Position numbers and translations under genes: made by a program. The notes beneath the pieces are model-generated. The model was not told the DNA's origin. It worked only from the letters and a program-made list of their open reading frames with translations, and did no database searches. This document shows, one piece after another, positions 1-9,317 of a stretch of 20,829 bases of DNA (position 1 is its first letter; the number at the start of each line of letters is the position of its first letter). Location of the stretch: assembly GCA_036172245.1 (NCBI GenBank), contig JAYWIR010000066.1:496001-516829 (forward strand), given 5' to 3'. The DNA comes from Raillietiella orientalis. Its lineage: Eukaryota.

Positions 1-810
1 CAGCGGTAGAAGTCCTTCGCTGCCGGCGCTGCGCCGAAGGGTGGAGGCCCCACGGGGCAGCCCGCAATTGGGCACCGAGCGCCAGGAAGTGGGCCTGCAG
101 CCCGATTTTCTCCAGAGTCAGGATGCTCAAGCCGGAATGCAGCCTACAGGAAGTCACAATGAGTCAAACAGATTGTGCTATCCCTCCTAACAGAACTTCC
201 ATGACCAGAAAGGAAAGTGGAAGATGGGGAAGAGCCTCCCCTTTTTATTTGCATCACTGTAGCTGCTAACTTTGAAAATGAAGCAGGGGTGGTGGATTAT
301 GGGCAAATTGCTTAAGATATGTAATAAACATATGTGTTTATTTATTATAATCTTTAAATACATATATGTCAATATATATACACAAATGTTTGTATTAATA
401 TATATAATAAAGATATGTATTTATTTTAAGATGTTTCGGGATTTCGGTGCTCGGGATTTTAATGGCCCGCCGTAGAAGCTCAACAGGTCACTGCCGATGC
501 TATGGTTACAATCGACGGTTTCTTGGGCATACACTTATCTCTTGACGTTATCTTTAGGCTTCAAAAGGTGATCTTCGTCAGGTCCTCGCCTTCCAGGAAC
601 AATCCCATCCTGCATCTGTGAAACCAGTCCAGGAGCCCATCTTTCATTTTCAAAGTCAATGATGGAACAGGTTCTGGTAGGCATGGAGGCACCCCTGAGA
701 ATACGAAATCAGCACACTATCAGTGTCCACTGTCCTTCTGCAACTCACTCCTGATCTCCCTCCGAGCGTGAAGTCCGCTGCAATGTCGTGCTGCTGCTGT
801 TCATTCGCTT
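1..810 (-). mobile_element. Highly decayed non-LTR retrotransposon (L1/Tx1-like) linker/RT fragment, interrupted by an AT-rich insert at ~305-465
   Basis: Minus-strand peptides AYQNLF and GSDLLSFY (resembles GxDGLxxEFY, RT domain 0), and KGEALPHLPLSFLVMEVL (resembles QGxPLSPxLFxLxMExL); many stops and frameshifts. Confidence 0.45.
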
Positions 811-819
811 TCTTGGTAA

Positions 820-1870
820 GGTGATACCGAGACGTTTATCCAAAAAAAAAGGATGCTCCACTCAATACAAAAGATGTGAAAAGAAAAAAAATAGATGCTC
901 ATTGGGGGTGACCACTAGCACGCAGGCGGCTTCTAAGGAAGTAGAGAACAAGAACGAGGGGACAATAAATAAGCAAATAAACAGATCGGGTGGGTAGAGT
1001 CAGGGGGGTCTTTGATTTTACTCGTTCCTTTCTTTCTAGAAGCGGCTGTATGTGGTGACGATTTCCCTGGTGACTTCTTTTGTCAGGTAAGGCCACCTTG
1101 CAGTCGTCCTTATGTAGGCGGCTGCCATGCTGGTGGCATCCCTTCACTGCAAACGTTGGTTGCGATCACAGCGCCCATCTTTCCGTGATAACCCCGCGCC
1201 GCAGCAATTTCGCAACGGAGGTGTCCTGCGGATGGCGAAGAGCCAGGGCGGGTCTCCGCCACAAGTTCTGCAGGGGGCTGAAGACCGAAGGGAGGTGCAG
1301 GAACGATTCCATCGCCCTGCATCTAAAACAGTTCGGGAAGGCGACCCCCCCAGAAAGCAGGTGGCCGCGCTGAATGAACTGCAGAAACAGCAGAACATCC
1401 CGTTTCCACCGTAGAGGTAGCACGGTAGTGTCTACTCACGAGGGAGGAGGTACTATGAGTTCTTCCGGAGGCATATTGAGTAGGTCACTGCATCGAAGGA
1501 GTCCCTTCGCCCGAAAACGAGGAGTGGTGGTTTTCACCAACTCGCTCGTCTTGCAGCCGTCCAGGAGCTTTTCGACTCCTGCAATGTTGCAGGAAAACTC
1601 CCACCCTGCCGGTTGGCTGCTGTCATTGCTTGCCTTGAGAGCAGACAGTGCTGCGGCTATCTGTGACCGCTGCGTCCAGCCCTGCAGGAGGTCTTCCAGC
1701 GGTCTGCAGCGGTCGCAGTTCCTCTGGTCACACTTACAAAGTGGCACCCCAGGACTTCAAAACCCACAGCTGCCAGGGGTTCCAGTTTTGGTGTGAGCTA
1801 CCAGAAGTGAGGATAGGTGCCTCACGGGGTAGCCGAGATCCAGTCATTCTATGGCGGCTGCATAGAATGT
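820..1870 (-). mobile_element. L1/Tx1-like non-LTR retrotransposon 3' fragment (ORF2 C-terminus + 3' UTR), copy B
   Basis: AAALSALKASNDSSQPAGWEFSCNIAG...KGLLRCSDLLNMPPEELIVPP...LPLRWKRDV...NCFRCRAMESFLHL aligns by eye with the ORFs at 6060-6801; degenerate CCHC knuckle; 3' UTR homologous to 6800-7023. Confidence 0.75.
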
Positions 1871-1877
1871 AAGGTGG

Positions 1878-2640
1878 TGTAGCATGTTGTCTTGTTCGTT
1901 CCTGTTAACGTGTTTTATTAAGGGTGACTCGTGTAACGATACTCGAAGGTATCCACCATTCTTTAAGATGTATGTCGAACATACTCTCCATCCCAGCTGC
2001 AGAAGATATCGGAGGCATTAATCCTCCCCCCCTCCAGTGTTCCAGTTTTTTCTTTTCCCACCGTTCCCGTATACCTCCTCCGATATTCATCTCAGTGCTT
2101 GCTTTCAGAGAGAGTGCTCAAGTGTGCTCAACTCCCGGTAAGCCGCCTTCCTCGTGTTTCCGCCGCCATATTGAAGATGAAACTGAATTTCATGGAAGGC
2201 AGGTGATTGGATTTCAGCCTTTCCCAGTTGTCGGCATTGCGAATGGCCGATGCAATGGTTTTCTTCAGGGTCGTCGCGGTGACTTACCGTTGCAATGGAT
2301 GCAGAGTTGAAACCAGGTGGGTATGCTGGTGAGAGCTGACTTTCCTCTTGGGGTTCGGTGTCTTCAATGTGAACTGCAGATGGGATGATTCGGGAGCAAA
2401 CTTTGGGTGTCTCGGAGTCCCTATAGGTGGTTTCGACTTCCTCACTCTACAAGGCTTGTGGCAAGCGGCTACCCATTGCTGTCTGAGATACTCGAACAGC
2501 CACTGCAACCTCACGCTTTCACCAGGGGATCCTTGGAAATAATACCATAACCCTTTACAGACAGAACAGCACTGAGAGGGCATGAAGATGGCGAAGATCA
2601 TAAAGAACCTGGCCACTGCGTGCTATCCGATCCCTCCGTT
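1878..2640 (-). mobile_element. Probable LTR retrotransposon 3' remnant: decayed internal region, polypurine tract (2022-2035) and ~144-bp LTR (1878-2021)
   Basis: On the minus strand GGAGGGGGGGAGGA is followed directly by TTAATG... (TGTAATG lacking one base), with AATAAA at 1914-1919 and an end ...ATGCTACA at 1878. No recognisable pol motif, and the upper boundary is uncertain. Confidence 0.45.
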
Positions 2641-2672
2641 CACTCATTAAACAGAGTCGCTAGAAAGACGTA

Positions 2673-2719
2673 GGACAGGATTGCGTCTACACGGAAACGG
2701 ACAGGATTGCGTCTACACG
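2673..2719. repeat. Tandem direct repeat, 2 x 21 bp GGACAGGATTGCGTCTACACG with a 5-bp spacer
   Basis: Identical copies at 2673-2693 and 2699-2719. Confidence 0.9.
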
Positions 2720-2909
2720 TAGATGTGCACGGAATGCTGCCTTAAACAAAGAAATGGGTGATAGTGAATTAGCAATCAAAGGGAATGTGTCAAGCCAGCT
2801 GTCGGTCTTTCGAAGGTAGGTTTTGCATTCGTTTTGGGCGAGGTATTTATCAACAAAAATAACAATAAAGACATTTTAGTGGTGGGACACTTAGTTCTAC
2901 CACATACTA

Positions 2910-3299
2910 TCAGGCTGGTGCAAAAATAATTGCAGTCTTTATGTATCCAGTATAAAGACGCATGTATCAGTTAAAAATTATATTTATTAATCCAAATGAA
3001 GACCATTGGCCTGCACGCATTTCTCCCAAAGGGAAACAAGTTTGTTTATTTTTACAATATGGTACTCTGGAGTCCTGGTATTCATTGAAAGCGCTTTGAG
3101 CTAATGCTTGATCTTTGAAAACCCTCTCGCGTAGGAGGAAATTACTCAAATGTTTGAAAAAACGATAATCTGTCGGAGACAGGCCCTGAGAGTGAGGTGG
3201 ATGAGATAGGGTTTCATAATCCAGTTCATCACATTTTTTCAAAGTCATTTGTGAGACGTGTGGTCGGGCGTTGTCTGAAGAAGAATTGGTCCTCTTCGG
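2910..3299 (-). mobile_element. Mariner transposon 3' half (Hsmar1/cecropia-like): defective transposase C-terminus plus TIR
   Basis: RRGPILL-(frameshift)-DNARPHVSQMTLKKCDELDYETLSHPPHSQGLSPTDYRFFKHLSNFL...(frameshift) INKLVSLWEKCVQANGLHLD* with stop at 2987-2989. TA at 2908-2909 precedes the TIR TCAGGCTGGTGCAAAAATAATTGCAGTCTTT (2910-2940), close to the recalled Hsmar1 TIR TTAGGTTGGTGCAAAAGTAATTGCGGTTTT. Confidence 0.92.
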
Positions 3300-4060
3300 C
3301 TGCCTGATCCTAGAGGCGATCCCAACAGTCTAGAAGCAGATGCTGGTGGGTCTCCTTCTCCCTGCATGTGTCACAGTTTGCATTCACATTCTCCCGTGTC
3401 CAATGGTGTCGGCGTGCTTTGCATGGGACTCCTCAATGTAAGACCAGTAACGCCAACTCCTGCTGCTTAAGGATGAGGGTGCCACCGTCCCAGCACTCTG
3501 GAGGTTACTTCGTGTCCTCCAGAAGGATAGCAAGCAGTATCACACAAGTGCAGAAGTCCTTTGGTTGGAACACTCAGCTTCTCAGAGTCCCTTAGTTGTC
3601 TGTTCACCCAGAAGTTTGTTGCTTACTGCAATGCAGCAGGACACTTACCATCTTGTTGGTAGGTCGCTGTTCCTTGCTTTCCTTAGGGAGGGAAGCAGCG
3701 GGAGAAGAGAGCTGCACGAAGCCCACGGCATCCTGTGCGGGTTGGTCACTATCTCTCGAAGCGACTGAGGAGCGTTTCTGCCTCGTCGCAGGCAGGCGTC
3801 TTCCGCCTCTCTCGAGCCGTTGATCTTTCCCCGCTCGGGAACGGCCGGCAGTGCATATGCCGGGGAGGCAGAGGATGCAGGTGTTCTCCTCCACCAAGGC
3901 AACCATCTGTCGAAGTTGATGGCCACAACGAAGATAGGTAAGTATACATCGCGGCAGAATTTTTGGCAATCCATGAGTGCGTACCCTCAGGCGCAACTAT
4001 TCCGCTAATCACTGACATGGAAGTTCTCATGATCTTCTAACGATCAACAAGCTCAAGAAG
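3300..4060 (-). mobile_element. L1/Tx1-like non-LTR retrotransposon ORF2 C-terminal fragment, copy C
   Basis: PEG..ALMDCQKFCRDVYL (post-RT motif), LRKARNSDLPTRW*VSCCIA, PTKGLLH, and an intact zinc knuckle NCDTCREKETHQHLLLDC (CX2CX7HX4C); 3' end missing. Confidence 0.75.
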
Positions 4061-4804
4061 CCATCCTCTGAACAACCGTTTTCGGTTTGCCCGTGACCAG
4101 TTGGATTTTCCTTTCCTGCCATGCGGGAGGGTGGCATTCTGCAATTCGATAACAAAGGTGCGATGGGAACACTGGGTGTTCCCATACTCTACGGTTTCAC
4201 TTCAACGACGTTGTTACAAATGTGAGGGAAAGTGGGTGGTGAGCTACGGAGATGCAGCCTATCCTCGAGCCGACACAAGAACTCTCGCGAAGTAACAGGC
4301 AACAGGGATCAATGGAGAGATGAACGCAGCAGAACAGGATCACATCCTTGGAGACAGAGGGACGCAAGTCATTTTTTTCCAGAAGTCCGGTTGACGCCGA
4401 GGTGTACCAAGTTCCGAGGTGAGACCATGAGGAATGCAAGACATGGAGAGCGAGGAGCTCCCATTCGAATGAACTGTCGATCAAGGACGTCCGCGGGAGC
4501 GCACCACGTTGAGGGGGGAAACAGCATTGCAGGGCAATCGCTCGGTTCCCAAGCGAAATTGAGGATGCAATACAGGGAACTCGAATGGGAACGTCGGATT
4601 TTGCGAGAGTCCACCTCTGTCAGCAGCGGATATGTTCTTCTCTCTGATAGAAGGACGACCCTTTAGGATGTTATGCGGCAGAGAGAGGGAGAGAAAGAAA
4701 CAAAAGATAGTCGCAAGAGGTACAAGGAAGAAAGGAATACAAGAACGTGCTTAGCGGTTGCTTTCATTCGCAGGGTGAAACTAAAGCAATAGGAAGCAAA
4801 GAAA

Positions 4805-4824
4805 CACACACACACACACACACA
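4805..4824. repeat. (CA)10 microsatellite
   Basis: Direct reading. Confidence 0.95.
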
Positions 4825-4849
4825 TAATAAAAGGGTCGTCCCGAAGTTG

Positions 4850-7028
4850 GTACGAAATGAACGAAATGTGAGGCCAGTAGCCCTGCCGGCGCACGAAAAT
4901 TGCGATCCAATCGCTTTTGCTGGAGTGCCTTCAGCATCAGGAGGTCTGCACCTGAGGAAATGCTTACGTCAAGGCGAAAGACACGTTATCGTGGGGGGAT
5001 CCCCGCACCTTGCTCTAGAAATTCGGCTAACATACGAAAGAAACAGACTACCAGTCACCAGCGTGCAGGTTCGAACCAAGGTGAACAAGAAAAGGAAAAG
5101 GCTCCATTGCCTACTGCCTATTCCGGAAACGAGCAAGGTTCGAAAAAGTTCGGGAGGACTTTCTGCCCAGTCATCTTCCTAAGAAGGGTGAACCGCGTAA
5201 GCTGATTGCGTCTGTCTTTGTCCAAAACGCACATCGAGTCACCCAGCGTCCTCCCTCTGCACAATGGCTCCCCGGCCGAAGCCGATTACACGCTTTTTGC
5301 GAGAATTGCAGGAAAACGTGCTCAGGCACGCTGGCATCTTCCACGATGCAAGATGGGTACTTACTTTCTCCCAAATGCCCCGCAAAATGAAAATTCAGCG
5401 TGCACCTAGGAGCAAATGTCGAGTGCCTAGCGCGAAGAAAGGATCTGCGCCCTACCGGAGCTGCGGCAAACTCGGAGAACATCATGCGGTCCATGGGCAG
5501 ATCGGCACTGCAAGCGAGGGGGGGGGGGGAAAGGGGGGGGAGAGCCATACGGGGAAAGTTCGCAGTTCACCTTGTTCCATAAACGTGTTCGCGACAAGCA
5601 AATCTGCAATTCTCGATGCAGCACTAACACTGCTGAGGCATGGTAGTAAGAGGTGATGATGTCGAGGTAACCTAAGCGCTCATGACCCGTGACAGATGAG
5701 CATGTCTTTCGGATGTCAACGGCGAAAGACGAAAGGATCATGGCGTCACTCAACGAGCCACTCAATGACCACAATGGGTCGACATCCGTAAATCCTGCTG
5801 TGTGGGTGTGTGCGCGCATAACCGGGCCGGAATCCCGTCCTCCCATCGTTCGAAGGGTTGGGGAGCTCCCGAGGGTGCGTGTTGTGACTTGCGGAGGGGC
5901 TGATGCACCTCCGAGAGAGCGCGTACCTTCACCGGAGTACGGCGCCGTCACATGTTATTCATTCACAGTACAGTGCTACAACCGTTGCATGTCTGGGCAA
6001 AGCAACAGGATGTTTCGTTCCTGTAACTCCGTTGCGCCAACCTCTCCCCGTACTGAACGGTGGATGAGGTCTGGAACAGCCAGGAGAAGTGGACTCGCCT
6101 GGCCGTCACGCCCCTCGCCGACGCGCTGTCAGCCCTCAGGGCCAGTGATGACAGCTGCCTGCCGGCGAGGTGGGAGGTCGCCTGCACCATCGCAGGAACA
6201 ACCCGACCCATAGGCGGCTGGAGGACTTGCGAGCTGGCAGACGCCGCCATGCCTCGCATCATCCCGAAGGGACTCCTTCGGTGGAGTGAACATTTGAGTG
6301 TGACCCCCGAAGAACTTGTGGTCCCTCCCTCGTGTCTGAACACTTCTGTGTTCCCTCTAAACTGGAAGCAGGACGTCATCATGCTAGTGCATTGGGGTTT
6401 TCACTCCAACCAGCGGACGAACACAGTTTTCTGGGGGAGTTGTCTCCTCGAACTGTAAACGGTGCGGGGAAGTGGAAACGCTCCCGCACCTACTCCTGGA
6501 CTGCGGTGCCCTCCTAGGACTGTGGCGGAGGCTGGTGGCCTCAGCTCTCCTGCACCAGGGGGACACCGCAAGAGACTTGATGCGCCGCTTCTTCACGCCA
6601 GGCGGCCTGTCTTTAGGTGCTGTCGTTGCAACCGTGTGTTGCACCCGCGCCATCGACAAGGCCCACCGAGAGCTGGAGAAGCTGGCCATCCTTTGTCTGC
6701 CCACCGGACTAGCCATCGCAAGCATGTCGTCGGCTGCCGAGTGGGCCCATCTTCAAGAGGGCCTTAGGAGCGAGATCGCCGGCATCCACCGCCGGTTCTG
6801 AAAGAATGGAACGGCCGCACCAAAGACCCCTGTCCCCTCCCCGCCCCATATCTTTATTTTCATTTTTTTATATTGTGTATTTGTGGTCGCCTCCCTCCCG
6901 TTCCGGACTTTCGGTATACCGACCTGCGTGTCAGGGATCCCCCCCTTCGTTTCTTCCGTGTCCTTTGTCCGGGAACTCTGTTCCTGGATAGTTTGAGAAT
7001 AAACGCCCCGGCGCACCCGGGTGAAAAA
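4850..7028 (+). mobile_element. L1/Tx1-like non-LTR retrotransposon, internally deleted and decayed, with intact 3' end, copy D
   Basis: Remnants in the expected order: IAFAGV..RHVIVGG (APE-like, ~4910-4998), ADYTLFARIAGKR (RT, ~5281-5319), GDDVEV (~5652), ORF2 C-terminus 6060-6801 with NCKRCGEVETLPHLLLDC, pyrimidine-rich 3' UTR, AATAAA at 6998-7003 and a short A tail at 7024-7028. The 3' 1 kb is clear; the 5' part is tentative. Confidence 0.7.
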
Positions 7029-7044
7029 CAGTGCTACAACTCTT

Positions 7045-7050
7045 TTTATT
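7045..7050 (-). terminator. Candidate polyadenylation signal (AATAAA) of the GRAMD1-like gene
   Basis: tttatt on the + strand, about 380 nt past the stop codon, after a U-rich 3' UTR; no transcript evidence. Confidence 0.5.
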
Positions 7051-7429
7051 TCCTTCTCTGTTCAATGAGTACATTATATTGCTCAAGATGGAACAGTGAA
7101 CAAGCACTTCTCAAAGATCAACCGAAAACATGAAAGATTCGTTTTAACCACGCACTAACAATAGAAAATGTCTTTAAAACATCGAACAACGTAACTTAAC
7201 TTTCTTTTTCCCGGAAAAAAAAAAAAAAAAAAAAAAAAACAAAAGAAAACAATAAACTCCCGATTGAACACAGCAAAAATGAATTCTTCGTTGTTTCCTC
7301 ATTCCCCAACATACGCGAGGAGTTTGCTGATCGGTCTAGATGACCTTTCTTACCCGCAAGAGTCCACGAAAAACAAACTCTTTGAATCAACAAACTGGTA
7401 ACAGTGGTTTCCTTTACTACGTCCGTCTT

Positions 7430-7652
7430 TCACGGTTCTGTTTCGTGCGTTTCTCTACTTGCTGACTGCACGGCCGTCACTGCTTTGGATGAGCATTCGC
7501 ATAAGACCAGTTCTTCCAAGCACTCCTTGGCACGTTTCAGCATGAGGGTTGACGTCTGCACCATGTGCCGCCATTCTTCGATCTCTGAACGGTGCAAGCG
7601 TTCCTGGATCTGGTGCAGATACATCCAATCCTCTTTGGACGCTGGGGTTCTA
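7430..7652 (-). CDS. GRAMD1B: GRAMD1 terminal coding exon: luminal amphipathic helix
   Basis: attcag|T AGA ACC (alternative acceptor at 7649); TPASKEDWMYLHQIQERLHRSEIEEWRHMVQTSTLMLKRAKECLEEL...TEP*, fitting the family PxSxxxW..Q..H..E..W pattern. Confidence 0.88.
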
Positions 7653-9286
7653 CTGAATATGCATTTCTTTAGGGAAAAAAAAAAAAAAAGAGGAGAAAAA
7701 AAGAGGTAAAAAAGAGGTAAACAACACAGGTTGTAGACTGGGTCGGTTTTCAACACGAGTTGTCTGTCCGGGCACCGGTAAAAGGGAAACGGAAGCACAC
7801 GCATCGAATGACCGGTTCGTGTCTTACCACCCGGAATTTCGGCGCGCGCGACTTCATCGCCCCTGAGAAGCAGCACGTGCTCAAGAGACATCCGCGGTGC
7901 TCGCAAACAACTGCACACCCATAAACGGGAAACCCAACGAATAATCAGACTTAGGAACCAAAGAACCATCAACCCTACGTGCAAAAGGCACGCCCACCCA
8001 CCCACGCACACCAACCCCAAATCCACAAACAGCCAACAAGAGACGCAAGCCGAAACACCCAGCGGCTCACTTCGCATGCTCCTGGACCACGACTCCGGTC
8101 TGCTGCCACAGCCTCATCGAAAGTGCCGAGCATGAAAAGCAGAACTGGACGAACGTTAGAACCAACTCGCAGTTTTGGTTCATCGAAACCAAAGCTGAAG
8201 TTTCCACGTCCGATGCAACGCAACCACTTTTCCTAAACCCATGCCAAATACTGCAGATGGCTTGCGAAAGAAGCCAGCCCCTTCGCCAGCTTCCCGCAAG
8301 CACTTGAGGAACCCCAAGGAACACAAAGCCATTCCCAACCTAATTGGCTCTTACCGTCTCCACCCGCAACCTGTTGTTTATTTTTGTGGAACCCCTCTCT
8401 CGCCCTACAACGTCCCGGTCCGCTAAATAGGCGGCTCCTCCCGCCTCCGTGTCTTTCGAGCGCGTCCCCTAAAGAAAACCGCACGCTGGAGCAAGTTGGT
8501 TTCCCGTTTCGACAAACAACTGCCCTACGGCACTGCCGGATGAGAAACCTAATTCGATCAGTACCTGCCCCCTATTCCCGTACGGACGCCCGTCGGCATT
8601 ACGAGGAGCCGTTATAAAGTATCAGCACGGGAGAGGAGCCAAATGCAAGATCGCACGGGCCGGGGAACAGCAAGAAAACGCGCAGGCGCAGGGCGTATCC
8701 GCCAACGTCATCCAAAGAGAGGCAGGAAATCAGCGCTTCTTCGGGCATCAGATGAACACGATCGTGCTGCAGCTGCCTGCTTTTTTCTTCTTTTTTTTTT
8801 TCTTTTGCAACACTAAAGGAAGTGATGCTGCAACGGAAGGAAAAAAGACGAAAAGTAAGAGAAGAAATGAATCTGCAACTTAATGGCAATCGGTCAGACG
8901 AGATCGCAAGCTGACACGGCTGACGCGCTGCAGGACGAAGGCGCATACAAATGAATTCAAGGAACAGAGAAGGAATCTGAAAGGTTTCATCACGAGTGGC
9001 ACACCCCACAGTCCGGGAGCTACGTCGCCGGATAGACCTGTTCCCGAATTCTTCGACAGATCAAAAAAGGGTCACTGGAAAGGGATTGCTTTTGGGGGAG
9101 GAAGGGCTGAAACCTGCGGGTAATCTTAAGAGGTTTCGATTCACATAACAACGCACACACGCACGCAAAGGGTAAAGAGCCACAGGATCGCTTTTGATCA
9201 TTTCCCCCCAAACATTTCAGTGTTCACACACGAATGCATCCATCTGAAACCTTGAAACAACTCAGGCACGTACACACAGCCCACAG

Positions 9287-9317
<31 letters not shown>

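Noticed and set aside
2673..2719. Direct repeats as a CRISPR array
   Set aside because: Only two units, a 5-bp spacer, eukaryotic context and no cas genes.
4970..5000. GERHVIVGG as a Tc1/IS630-type transposase motif
   Set aside because: The order of the downstream RT and CCHC remnants favours a LINE APE xIVGGDFN remnant, and no DDE context is visible.
820..7028. Inverted LINE copies as one large hairpin or twin-priming inversion
   Set aside because: The copies cover the same part of the element and are too diverged at nucleotide level for a single insertion event or stable long dsRNA.
7215..7239. A-run as a retroposon poly(A) tail
   Set aside because: It lies within the predicted 3' UTR as a U-tract. 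Similar homopolymers are common throughout the window and no element body is attached.
7653..8077. N-terminal extension of the 215-aa ORF 7430..8077
   Set aside because: It reads through a poly-T acceptor tract and is intronic. Only 7430-7652 matches the GRAMD1 C-terminus.
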